From the NCBI RefSeq assembly GCF_009914755.1, contig NC_060926.1: DNA of 64,000 nucleotides. One strand, given 5' to 3'. Numbering within the stretch: the first letter of the stretch is position 1; each line of letters opens with the position of its first letter. This document shows positions 32,275 to 50,263 of this stretch, piece after piece. The translations under genes and the position numbers were made by a program. The notes beneath the pieces were generated by a model. The model worked only from the letters and a program-made list of their open reading frames with translations. It was not told the origin of the DNA and did not search any database. Source of the DNA: the human T2T-CHM13v2.0 reference genome, Homo sapiens.

Positions 32275-34959
32275 GGCCTGTACTTATTAAACATTTTAAA
32301 TAGTTGCTAGGTTGTATCAGAAAAACTTGAGGGCTGACCTGCAAGATTAGTCACTTTTACAATGTTTCTGTGGGGGGAATTTATCTTCTTTTGGTAGGAT
32401 ATTAGAAAATATAAATATAACTGACTTAAATGAACTTTTAAAATTCAATTCATATTTAAGTTAGGAACTGCCCATCATATGATTGAAATATTTATATGCA
32501 TCTAGAATTTGATAGTTTTAAAACTTGAGTGAGTACTGTAATCCAAATATCATTGCATAGAGCAAATAAAGCATTCCCCCTATTCTTAGCTGTAACCCTG
32601 TCTCTGAAGAACTAGGGGAAATTGCATGGATGATTTAATTCCATTATCCTCTCTAAAGCCTCCCAAAAGGTTAGTGGGTGTTATGAGAAGCTAAACGTCT
32701 GCTGTGCTTTAACATAATTTAAGTAATCACATGTGACTAGTGGCCCCCATATTGTATAGCACAGCTCTAAGTTAAGTGTTCAGACTTCATCCTTTACTAA
32801 TAGGGAGCCATTGAAAGTATTTGGGCAGGACAGAGGAGATGACTGGATTTAAATTTAACACATCTCATTAGTAGGTGTGTATAGGTGGGAGAAATTGTAG
32901 GGAGCTACCTGACAGTCCAAAAAGAAAGATTATTTGTCTTAATTAATGGCAGATGGGACGATTGGATGAATATTTAAGTACAGAATCAATGAACTTGATT
33001 TTGTAATTATTTTGCTTATTTTCTTATATTGGATCATGACCAACTTGATGGCAAAGTCTATATTATAATAATTGTGGTAACCAACATGTTTTGAGCATTT
33101 GCTAAATGGAAGGCACTGTTGAGTGCCTTTTGTGCATTATCTCATTTAGTGCTCTCAACAGCCCATGAGGTAGGAAGTATTATCTTCATTTTACAGACAA
33201 AGAACAGCTCAGAGAGGTGAAGTAACCTGTTGAAAGTCACACAGATAGTAAATGCAAAGAGATTTGAGATGAAAAGAGTAAAATTTAAAATCAGGTGGCA
33301 AAGGAGATCATGAAACATTTAGATATGTGTAGCATAGAACATTACTGTTTTGTGGGAGTTTCCTGATTTGGGCACATAGTAGATTATGAAAATAATTTTT
33401 ATTGATACTTATTGAGCATATACTATGTGCTAGGCATTCTAAGCCCTTGATATGGGTTAAATTATTTAATTTTCACAACAGTCCTGTGAGACATCATTAT
33501 GTTCATTTTTATAGAGGAAGAAAGTCATGTACAAACATAGGCTGACTTGTTTAAGAAAGTAACAGAGCAGGGATTAGAGTCCAAGTAATTTGGCTCCAGC
33601 ACTCCTGCACTACTTAATACATTTGTGTGTTGTGTTAGTAAATAAATACTGTACAAATGGCAAGATAGGCCAGACGCTGGTGTTTCAATAAAGCAAACTC
33701 ATCTTAACCATGAAAGTGACTCAGCTTGAGATTTAATTAATATTGTTTCTATGTGTGAGGATCTTTCTTTTTATGGCCTTTGGCAGTAAAATGATCTAAG
33801 CGTTTTTATAGAATGTATAAAATGTGGCTTTTTTTGTGTGTTAAATACTTTATGACCTTGAGTTTACTGATCCTGACGAAGCTCCTCTTTTCCTCTTTTT
33901 GCCCACTAAAGATCCATTTTATTTATGCACACAGTTAAAGCCATTGTAGTGTAGTGGAAACAGCACATATTGGATTTGTGTGTTCTTACATTTTAATTCC
34001 AGCATTATCCATTACTAGCTGTGTGACTGGACAAATTATACATCTTTAGAACTTCCCTTTTCTAACCTGTAAAATGAGGGAAATTAAATCTTCTTCATTG
34101 GATAGTTGTAAGGAGTAAATGGGATGATATATTTTTTAAATGCCTGCTGTACTACTTACTGTATGGCAGATATTCAAAAAATTGTGAGTGCTTTACTTCT
34201 TAATAAATGAAACACGTCCAAATTTAAGTACTTTTTTTTCCCTTATAGTTGCTCAATTTTGTAGGTGAACTCTGTGCTTGCCAAACACTTGGTAGCCAGA
34301 CCTTTAGAATTTGAACCAGATACTATAGAGTTCCTAAATAAAATATGCATTAGAAGAGAAATGCATTAATTCTTTATGGTGTTGTGTGACTGTTTTGTGT
34401 CTTTTGCCAAGAGGTAATTCTCTGCTGTATCGGAGAGGAACAATGGTAAGGAAAACTTCAGCTTCTTGTGTTTCTGGAGTTCTATCTTGAATGGATAAAT
34501 GAATGAATAAATGAATCACATTCTAGTTGGACATGTAAAAAGCAAGTAGTGAAACTTGAGAAAATTCTCACAAAAGGTAGCTCTTTTTCTAAAATATTTC
34601 CTTCTGATTTCTCAGTAATGATGTAGAGAGCTGTAGTTTACAAGCTGATTTTAGAACCGTATATTAATAGAAAAAGCAAATAGACAAAAGGTCAGTAGTC
34701 CCTGCATATTCTGGGAACATTCTTTTAGATTTTGATTTGTAGTGTAATGCTTTTATTTCGGGGAAATAAGTTCCTTGAGTTTCCTTTAACCAAGAGCAGT
34801 ACTTAAGCAATGATATTTAATGACTACATAACTGAGACTCCTAAATCACATATTGAAATCTGACTGACATAAGGAAGTATTGAGGAGGCAAAGGAAAAGA
34901 ATTGAGCATCATTTTTTGAGATACAGTTAATGTACTTAAAAATTTCCAAGGGATCATAG

Positions 34960-37265
<2,306 letters not shown>

Positions 37266-37574
37266 TTTGATTTCATTTATGCATGTTACTCTTAATTCAT
37301 GGAACAAATATTTATTGAGCACTGTCTCAGTACCAGCCACTATTTAAGGTACTGGTGTTCATTAGTAAACAAACAAATGAAAATCTCTGCACTTGTGAAA
37401 CCTGTATTCTGGGGAAGTGACAAAAAATAAACTGATAAGTAAATTATAGATGAAAGGTGATAAAGGACCATGGTGGAGGGAACATGATAAGGTAAGGTAA
37501 AGGGGTGGTGAGGTTTCTGGTTTTAAGAAGGAGTAAAAATAGGCCTCATTGAGAATATGTCATTTAAAAAATGA

Positions 37575-38871
37575 CTTGGGGTGGGGTTGTGCATGATCAG
37601 TCCTTCAACACTAGAAAGATGGCAGAGCAAGAGCAAAGAAAAATCCATTTGGTTCCAGAAAATCTCCTGAAAAAGAGGAAGGCTTATCAAGCCCTCAAAG
37701 CCACTCAGGCAAAGCAGGCACTTTTGGCAAAGAAGGAGCAGAGGAAAGGAAAAAGGCTCAGGTTTAAGCGACTGGAATCATTCCTACATGATTCCTGGAG
37801 GCAGAAATGTGACAAGGTGCATCTCAGACGACTAGAAATGAGACCTCATGCCTTGGAATTGCCAGATAAACATGCCATGGCCTTTGTTGTACACATCAAA
37901 AGGATTAATGGCATGAGTTTACCGGTGGAGAGAACCGTTGTAAGACTTCGCCTGAAGAAAATTTTTAGTGGTGTCTTTGTAAAAGTCAACCCCCAGAACC
38001 TAAAAATGCTGCTTATAGTGGAAACTTATGTGACCTGGGGATTTCCAAATCTGAAGTCTGTGCGGGAACTCACTTGGAAACATGAACAAGCCAAGGTCAA
38101 GAATAAGACCATCCCTCTGACAGACAACACAGTGATTGAGGAGCACCTGGAGAAGTTTGGTGACATTTGCTTGGAAGACCTCATTCATGAAATTGCCTTC
38201 CCAGGGAAGTATTTCCAGGAGATCTCATAGTTCTTGCTCCCTTTCCACCTTTTGGTGACCCATCATGCTCAGGCTGGAGTGCAGTAGTGTGATCTTGGCT
38301 CACTGCAACCTCCACTATATACCAAAAATATAGTGGGCTTCCTCAAGGAGATGGGCTCACATGGCTATCGGGGTGAATGCATCAGTCAGCTCATCTGCCA
38401 GCTGAACAAGACCCAGAATATTTGAAAGCACAGTGCAGTGGAAGCATGTGTTTTTGTTTTGGGGGGAATTATCATCAGGTATCTTCAGAGAAGATTATTC
38501 CCTGCATTATCTTCAAAAATCGGAAAGGAAGGGTTAAAATATAGTGGCTTATGTTCATGGCAAGCACCTCTCATCACAGTCCAGTTCTAAGGAAAAAGTC
38601 CAGTGTTTTCTGTATTGGCTGCTGCCTCGTCAGAAATCAGCACATGCCATGGAAGGAGTCCTGCTTTGTTGCATTTTCTATCCTAGGGTTTATTGTTGGT
38701 AAATGAGTAACTCAAGCATTTGTACAAGGTTCCCTAAGACTCCCACAGCAATGGACCAAGCCCAGGGACATAATTTAATCTGGAGAGTCCTGGGGCCTTG
38801 TTTTGAAAAGACTTGAAATACACATAAGAAGAAAGGCACATAAATAAATGTTCAGTTGTCCAGAAAAAAAA
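37575..38871 (+). pseudogene. RPL7L1: RPL7L1 (ribosomal protein L7-like 1) processed pseudogene
   Basis: Intronless [24 protein letters not shown]... from ATG 37619; Trp-to-TAG at 38228-38230; homology continues ([19 protein letters not shown]); 3'UTR, AATAAA 38843-38848, A tail 38864-38871; inserted into an L2. The symbol given is that of the parent gene. Confidence 0.93.
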
Positions 38872-39188
38872 GATGAGGGAGTAGCCATTCAGATACCTGG
38901 GAGAAGAGTGTTCTGGGTAGAGAAAACAGCCAGTGCAAAGTCCTTAGGGTGGGAGCATGTCTGGCATGTCCCAGGAAACAGCCAGAAGGCCAGTATAGTA
39001 CAGGGTAACAGTGGACAAGGTTACAGGGATATGGGAGGGCAAATTGTTTAAACTTTTATAGAACATTGTTAAGATTTTAGCTCTTTGAGTGACATGAGAA
39101 GCCATTTGAGAGTTCCATATACTTAATGTACATTTTAAAACAGCACATATGTACTCCTAAATATCACTTGGAGATTTCATAGTATTGA

Positions 39189-39431
<243 letters not shown>

Positions 39432-39589
39432 TGATGACATATTACAAGGATGGCAATTATGTTACCCTCTTGATACTCATGAATAACCCTATTCTCATAG
39501 AGACATAGCTAATTGATGACAATAGTCTTTCTTGATGATGCCAGACCTGGCTTCTAGAAAACTCTGCTTCTCTAGGACACTACCAGCTG

Positions 39590-40608
<1,019 letters not shown>

Positions 40609-40968
40609 TAGGCATGTGAGTTGAAACTTATTTTCATTCCTGGCCTTACAGTAGGACCTTAGAAAACATCTTAGAGGAGGTGAAGTGTTTAGATTTTTAG
40701 AAACTAGATTTAAAAATCATAAAATGAAAAAATTCAAATTTATGGAAAAGTACTACTGAAAGTACAAATCTTTCATTTTTCCACCCACCACCACTCCCCA
40801 GTTCCATACCATTTCCCAGGCCCACTTTTTAGATAAAGTTTTTTCTATATCTTAAGCTATCTTGAAGGCCTAATAGTTGTTCAGTAAGAGAGATTGGCTG
40901 GGGTAAAATGCAAGAAAAATGGAGAGAGGCATCTAGCCACAAAAGGAGTGCCAGTTTAAGATAAGTGT

Positions 40969-41256
40969 TGGCCGGGTGCAGTGGCTCACATCTGTAGTCC
41001 CAGCACTTTGGGAGGTTGAGGCAGGCAGATTACTTGAGCCTAGGAGTTTGAGACCAGCCTGGGCAACATGGCAAAACCCCGTTTCTACAAATAATTAAAA
41101 ATGGTGGTGTGCACCTGTAGTCCCAGTTACTTGGGAGGCGGAGGTGGGAGGATCAATTTGGCCCAGAGAGTTGAGGCTGTAGTGTGCTGTGATCGTGCCA
41201 CTGCACTCCAGCCTGGGTGACAGAGTAAAACCCTGTCTCAAAAAAAAAAAAAAAAA
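40969..41256 (+). mobile_element. Alu (J-type)
   Basis: Dimer with poly-A. Confidence 0.85.
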
Positions 41257-43544
41257 GTGTGTTGAGGGGAGAAGGGAGGAATGGATGGTGGTTGATGATG
41301 AGAAAGAGTATCTGGAGACTTAAATCTTCAAGGAGGAAAAGTGTTTGCATTTTGGGGATAGAGGTAGGCAATCAGAAGTAGTAAAGGAGAATTGAGTCTA
41401 GAGAATCAAATAGGGGCCAGATCATGAAGTACCATGCATGCAATACAAATGGACTTTGACTTTTTTGTTGTTGTTATGGAAAATAAGAGTGCTACTGAAA
41501 AATTTTCTGTGTAGAGTGTCTTGATCATCAAGTTTGTGTTTCAAAGTCACTTTAGTGGCTGGTGGAGAGGGTTGAGACTGAAGGCAAGGAGCCCAGTTAA
41601 GAGATAATTGTGATAATCCAGAGATGTGGCCAGAGCTTTGGACCAAGATACTGAACTCAAGTAAGGATGTGAGTGTACTAAAAAAAGACTAGTACTTCGT
41701 TATTTATAAATCCAGTTTCAGATGTCTTCCTCATTAGACTATTATTCATGTTAGGTTTATAAAGTTTAGGGAGTATTAACTCTTGACCTTTTCTCAAAAT
41801 AAAATTATTTATTACTACTTTTTTACCAATAAAATAATATTCTTATGATTTGTGCTTAGAAGGACTTCTGTTTTAATAATTTATAGCTTGCTTTAAATCA
41901 TGGAGCTAAGAATTTTATAGAGTTAGGATTTGAGCCTTTAAATGTTTGGAATATTAGAATGAAGACTTCTAAAGTTTCTAAGGTGCAGTTGTTATCATCC
42001 ATACATTACCAGTGTCTCTTTTCTTGGGACACTGTTTCCAAAAACATTATGTAGACTTATATTGCCACTATGTTTAAAGTAACATGAAGAACGCCAAGAG
42101 CATTGCTGTATTTGTGATATAGTTTGTTTACTTAATACTGTGTTTCATGTTTTTGTCAAAAAACTGAAACATGAATTTAATTTTTCTAATAGAAAACATT
42201 CAGATTTTTAAGTACATGCTACGTACAAGATATTTTATGAAATTAGTCAAATCACCTTGAAGATAAGGGACATATGGCTAATCCTCATATAAAGTAAACT
42301 GACCTTAGAGAATTCATAATGTAAAGCAGAGATGGCTTTTACTAGAATATAAAGCCTTTGAACTTCAACCTAGGCTGCTTCCTGTAGTAGACACAGACAA
42401 CCATTGGTTTACAGTAGACATTCAAGAGCCAAACAGAGGAACAGATTTGTGGAATTTGGGAAACTGCAACAAAAGAAGCATAGAATTTTGAACAGTAAAG
42501 TCCTAGAGGTGGGAAAATGCTTCCAAGTCCTTAAATGCTCATAACGTTAGGAACATGGCCAAAAATTTCAACTTTATCTATAAGGCATGTTCAACCAAGC
42601 CCCAATTTTATAATTAAAAAAAATCTTTCTGAGGAGCTAATTTTTGTCCTCTTTAGTCATTTTTTAGAAGCTGATTTTTTGACTAATTATTTATTAAAAC
42701 CAATGTGCATATAGAGAATGGGATGACCAAGAACAAGGAAATACTCTTTTAAATAAGTAGGATAAAATACTGGAAAATTGAATGTTTTCTTTCTTGTTGA
42801 CATATGTTTTTGGAAAAGTGAGGAGGAATAGCTTTGCTTAATTTTGAAAATTGGTTATATCTGAATCTTTGTATATTATTTTTAGATTACCTCTTTTTAG
42901 CCCTTTAGCAGGAAAAAAAATATGTATATATGTATGTTAATGAGATATTTTCTGGTACTACCTATAAATAAGAGAATGAAAGAATCCAAAGCTACAAGTG
43001 AAATGGTGCCCCAACTAAAATGAAATATTTGTAACTGGGTTATAGAATTTGGCATTCCTTATAATATGCTTTGTGGCTTTTTTCTGTGTAATTTAATTAC
43101 AATCAGGTATTCATTTTATAAAACACTTTCTTAATTTATGTTGTAGGATGGTTCAGAAAGAAGCTAACTGTATTCTACATGTGACTACTTATGTGCTTCA
43201 GATTTTTCTGCATATAGTTAATTAAACAGCCTTTTACTCAGTGTAAAAATACTAGCAATACTTCATATTAAGCATAAGCTGAAGAAGAGGTAACTATAAA
43301 GTATAATTGTCATTTAATCATAGGCATGCTTTAGGGAGCTCCATTCAGATTTGGGCATTTTTCTTAAAGGGATAGGAAATTAGTATACAGTGGCTTATGA
43401 AAAGATTCTGAAGCTTTAGTGATAGCATGTTTAAAATATATTACATTTTTATAGATCTTTCTATATTTCACAGCTGAAAATGCATATTAACCTTCTGGTT
43501 TGAGACCCCTGTAAAATAGGGCAGTTGATACTCAAATTTTATAG

Positions 43545-44397
<853 letters not shown>

Positions 44398-44407
44398 TAG
44401 ACATATA

Positions 44408-44770
44408 GGTCGGATGCAGTGGCTTCTGCCTGTAATGCCAGCACTTTGGGAGGCCGAGGCGGGCAGATCATCTGAGGTCGGGATTTCGAGACCTGCCTGA
44501 CCAACATGGAGAAACCCCGTCTCTACTACAAATACAAAATTAGTGGGCGTGGTGGCAAGGCTGACCAACATGGAGAAAACCCGTCTCTACTAAAAATACA
44601 AAATTAGCGGGCGTGGTGGCACATGCCTGTAATCCCAGCTACTCAGAAGACTGAGGCAGCAGAATCGCTTGAATGCGGGAGGCCAAGGTTGCAGTGAGCT
44701 GAGATTGCGCCATTGCACCTCCAGCCTGGGCAACAAGAGCGAAACTCCATCTCAAAAAAAAAAAAACAAA
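44408..44770 (+). mobile_element. Alu with internal ~64-bp tandem duplication
   Basis: 44497-44557 repeated at 44561-44621; TSD aagtagacat.tag. Confidence 0.88.
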
Positions 44771-45256
44771 CACATACAAGTAGACATGTAGTTGCCTGTA
44801 GAAGTATTGGCAACCACCTGTCATGTACTGGCAACCTACATGAGAATGGGTATTTTTTCATTCATGTTTAAAATTTTATTTTGTATCTGTTTTATTAAAA
44901 TATTAACAGAATATTAAATATTGATAGAACATACTACTTGTATGATAACTTCCATTTTTTAGATGAACTCTAAGATGTTGGCCCCTTCAGTTGTGTTTCT
45001 ACTGTCCTTCTCCTTAGGTCAATGTCTTCAGGTCTTCCACAAGTCTTTTGGACTTGCCAGGATATTTCCTATCTCTCATTTCCCTGGAAATATTAACCTC
45101 TCTCTGCAGGTCCCTCTGCTGTAATGCCTTCTGTGGCAGCACAGGAATTGTCTACCCATTCAGGTTAGGAGCAATTTTTAAGTATGGTGTAAAAATCTCT
45201 TTGAACACTCTATAATAGTGAGAGAAGTTGCAGTCACAATTTTCTATTTCTTTCTA

Positions 45257-45468
45257 TTTTTTTTTTTTTTTTTGAGAGATGGTCTTTCTGTCTCAACCAG
45301 GCTGAAGTGCAGTGGCATGATCATAGCTCACTGCAACCTCGAACTCTTGGGCTCAAGCGATCCTCCTGCCTTAGCCTCCAAGTAGCTGGGACCACAGACA
45401 TATACCACTATACCTGGTTAATTTTTTTTTTTCCAGTGGAGATGAAGTCTTGCTATGTTGCCCAGCCA
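45257..45468 (-). mobile_element. 5'-truncated Alu (J-type)
   Basis: TSD caattttctatttctt. Confidence 0.82.
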
Positions 45469-45629
45469 ATTTTCTATTTCTTAGCTGATTTGGCATAGGT
45501 TTCAACCAGGTATAGACCTCAGGCCAGAAACAGGTTTATAAGAAATACTGCATTTTTTTCATTATCTGTGACTCAACATGCCTTGATTCTAAGCCCACAT
45601 CTTTCAGGCTGGTAAGATATCCATGCTTT

Positions 45630-45967
<338 letters not shown>

Positions 45968-46303
45968 TTAAGCCACTGATTTTTGATGGGGAGGGAGGGA
46001 GGTATTCTCTGGTTTTGGTTGTGTGACCACAGGAGTGACCTTCCATACATCTCTTGTGCTCATCTGCGTAGCCCACTTAAAACCATCTCCTCTCGGAACA
46101 CAGATTTATTATTTCATGAGGTTGGGTACTTCAGCGTCCATAGGGAACTTCAAAGGTTAAATGATCAGCTCTATGTTACAGAGGTGAGATTTAGTACCCA
46201 TGTCTTTAGACGTTGAATCCAGGTATGGGTTTTTATTATGAAAGAAACACCAGAGGAACCACTCATGTCTGATGTTGGCATTTGCCCTTAAAGAACCATA
46301 TAG

Positions 46304-46866
<563 letters not shown>

Positions 46867-47106
46867 AACAGTTGACATATTAAACTAGTTATGTAGATAC
46901 TTCATTTTTACTTTACAGTTATTGTTTCTTTTAGAAATGGTATGCACACTGCTATACACAGTATTTAGTATACATAGTATTTTTAAGTGGAACATAATTT
47001 ATTCTAAGTATTTTCATTAAAAATAGTACAATTGAAGATATCAAATAGTCTGTCTCTCTCTTTAGTAAGCCTCTTCTGAAATAAGAAAAACCACTCTGCT
47101 CTAATA

Positions 47107-47161
47107 ATCTTCTAGTTACTAATCTTCTAGTTACTTCTAGTTACTAATCTAGTTACTAATC
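47107..47161. repeat. Short tandem repeat (tctagttactaa-like unit)
   Basis: 4 imperfect copies. Confidence 0.7.
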
Positions 47162-47261
47162 ATCATGTGCTACATCTGTGTTGCAGACGAGAAGGCACAG
47201 AGTATCTGGAATAAATAAAAGAGCTTCTTTAGGATTTGGGCTGAAAATGAAGTTCATTTAA

Positions 47262-47507
<246 letters not shown>

Positions 47508-47509
47508 TA

Positions 47510-47757
47510 GTTTTCACTCATAGGTGGGAGTTGAACAATGAGAACACATGGAGATGAGGAGGGGAACATCACACACTGGGCCTATTGGTGGGTAGGGTGC
47601 TAGGAGAGGGATAACATTAGGAGAAATACCTAATGTAGATGATGGGTTGAAGGATGCAGCAAACCACTATGGCATGTGTATACCTATGTAACAAACCTGC
47701 ACATTCTGCATACATATCCCAGAACTTTAATAAATTAAGTAAATAAAAAAGAAAAAA
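47510..47757 (+). mobile_element. 5'-truncated L1PA 3' end (PA7/8-like)
   Basis: L1PA 3'UTR (cactcataggtgggagttgaacaatgagaacacatgg...tatgtaacaaacctgcac); perfect 15-bp TSD agaaaaaataagcta (47495-47509 / 47758-47772). Confidence 0.92.
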
Positions 47758-48311
47758 AGAAAAAATAAGCTAATTATCTGTTTTAATATAATTGTTACAT
47801 TACCAAAATAATAATTAATTTTGTTTATTATTAGTGATGTTTGTAGTTGATATGGAGCTTTAAAGAGTAAGTGCACTTTTTGGAATAGGCTTGTGGTTTG
47901 TTAGTATGTTGGAAATCCTTTTAGTTACTATACCTAGTTATAGCAACATTAGCCAACATTTAAAAAAATTATATTAAAGTCAATGACAGTTTTTCTTCAG
48001 CAAGAAATTACTGTACCAGTATTTTTCATATGGTTCTCACCTGTAAATGTATATGCATTTTTATTACTCTGTGTTATTATCTGTGAAAATAAATCATTCA
48101 GATATTTCATTTTATTATTTTATCAAATAAAGTATAATTATCCTGTAGGTTATCATATTTCCCACATTTATAAATTAGGTCTGTGGTGCTTACATTTTGG
48201 TATGCATGAATAACAACAAGGAAACTTAGTAGAATATAGAGCTTGAGCCTTGCTTATGGAAATTCTGTTTCAAAAGGGCTCAAAATCTGGATTTTTCAGG
48301 CATTCCACATT

Positions 48312-48423
48312 CATCTACATGTAAGAATTCAAGAACCATTAGTTTAGGGGCACTGCATATAAGAATTCAAGAACCATTGGTTTAGGGGCATCTGCATATA
48401 AGAATTCAAGAACCATTGGTTTA
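48312..48423. repeat. Tandem repeat, 38-39-nt unit, about 2.9 copies
   Basis: taagaattcaagaaccatt(a/g)gtttaggggca(t)ctgcata repeated. Confidence 0.85.
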
Positions 48424-48771
48424 TTGGTTCATATTCCTCTTGAAACCTATCTTCATTTCGGAAGCTACATTCTATAGCTTTAAATCTATTTTCTTTTTGG
48501 AAGCCACTTTCTAAAACATACATTATTTGTTTTATAAATATTTTATAATTAATTAGTGGATGAATAGGGACTTAATTTACCTCTTAGTCACCTTTGGCTT
48601 AATTTCTCATTGCCTTTGCAGGAATTATGGAATGATTGATCAATAATTGCTAAAACATTTCACCCCTAATTTATGCTCTCCCAGAGCCTTAGACATGTTT
48701 TTATTTGTGTGTTTTTCCTCATCCTTAAAATTTGGAAAAATAATACAAGAATTATAAGGGTTGAAGTATGC

Positions 48772-49068
48772 AGCCAGGTACAGTTGCTCACACCTGTAAT
48801 CCCAGCACTTTGGAAGGCCGAGGAGGTGGATCGCTTGAGGTCAGGAGTTTGAGACCAGCTTGGCCAACATGGTGAAACCCTGTCTCTCCAAAAAAATGTA
48901 AAAATTAGCCAGGCATGGTGGCGGGTGCCTGAAATCCCAGCTACTCAGGAGGCTGAGAGGCAGGAAAATTGCTTGAACCTGGGAGGCGGAGGTTTCAGTG
49001 TGCCGAGATCATGCCATTGCACTTCAGCCTGGGTGACGGAGCGAGACTCTTCTCAAAAAAAAAAAAAA
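48772..49068 (+). mobile_element. Alu (S-type)
   Basis: Full dimer. Confidence 0.88.
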
Positions 49069-49379
49069 GGTTAAAGGGAAAGGGTTTATTCAGGTAGTAA
49101 GACATAAGTTGACCTCTGATAATTTGCTATATTTTCCTGCTAGCTACCTACTACAATTTTGCTGAAATCAAAAATCCTACAGATATTTGTTTTCAATTCA
49201 TTATGTTTAGATTTTGGTAATAGAGGGAAGCACTGAAATGCTCAACAAATTTTTTGGTTGAAAAAAAATTTTTTGGATAGTAGATAGTTTCTTATGATAA
49301 ATTTAATGTTCAATAGCTACCAGTCACAGAACATGTTTCTATTTCCAGAGACCTCACTTTACTTTTTTAAAGCTCCATT

Positions 49380-50228
49380 TAAAAACTTTAATAAACTTTA
49401 TGTTTTAGAGCTGTTTTTATATAAATCTAGAATTCCCACATACTCCTTTCCCATACCCCTCAGTTTCCTCTATTACTAATATCTTACATTAGTATGATAC
49501 ATTTATTACAGCTGATGAACCAGTATTTATACATTATTAACTAAGGTCCATGTGCACATTAGGGTTCACTATTTGTGTTGTATAGTTTCATGGGTTTTGA
49601 CTAATTTATGTTGTCATATATAAATTTGACATAATCATCATTATAGGATCATATAGAATAGTTTTCCTACACTAAAAATGGCCTGTGCTCCACCTATTCA
49701 TTCCTTACACACCCACACACACACACCCCATACCCCTGCCCGCCCCAACCTCTGTCAACCACTGATTTTTTTTTTTTTAATCATAAGCATACCAAATGTT
49801 ACAGGTTTCATTGTCACCACTGCAATATGTGTACTGTGATGGAAGCATAGCCTGTGTCTCAATTTAGCCACATAAAGTTTTTTGGACACCATGATCAGCA
49901 GTACCCATTCTCATCTAGAATGAGGCTTAACCACTGATATTTTAATGGTGTCTTTAGTTTTGCTTTCACCAGGGTGTCATAATTAGAATCATACAGAATG
50001 TAGCCTTTTCAGACTGGCTTCCTTCACTTAGCAGTATGCATTTAAGGGTCCTCCATGACTTTTCTTGTTTGTTTGTTTGTTTGTTAGACAAGGTCTTACT
50101 CTGTCACCCATGCTGGAGTGCAGCTGCTTGATAAGGGCTCATTGCATCCTTGACCTCCTGGGCTCAATTTATCTTTCCACCTTAGCCTCTGAGTAGCTGA
50201 GACTACAGGTACATGCCACCATGCCCAG

Positions 50229-50263
<35 letters not shown>

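Noticed and set aside
48312-48423. 38-39-nt repeat superficially CRISPR-like
   Set aside because: No unique spacers, eukaryotic intron context, simple tandem duplication
49794-49927. Functional NBEAL1-hosted snoRNA
   Set aside because: Antisense to the host gene and carries retrotransposition hallmarks; treated as a retrocopy
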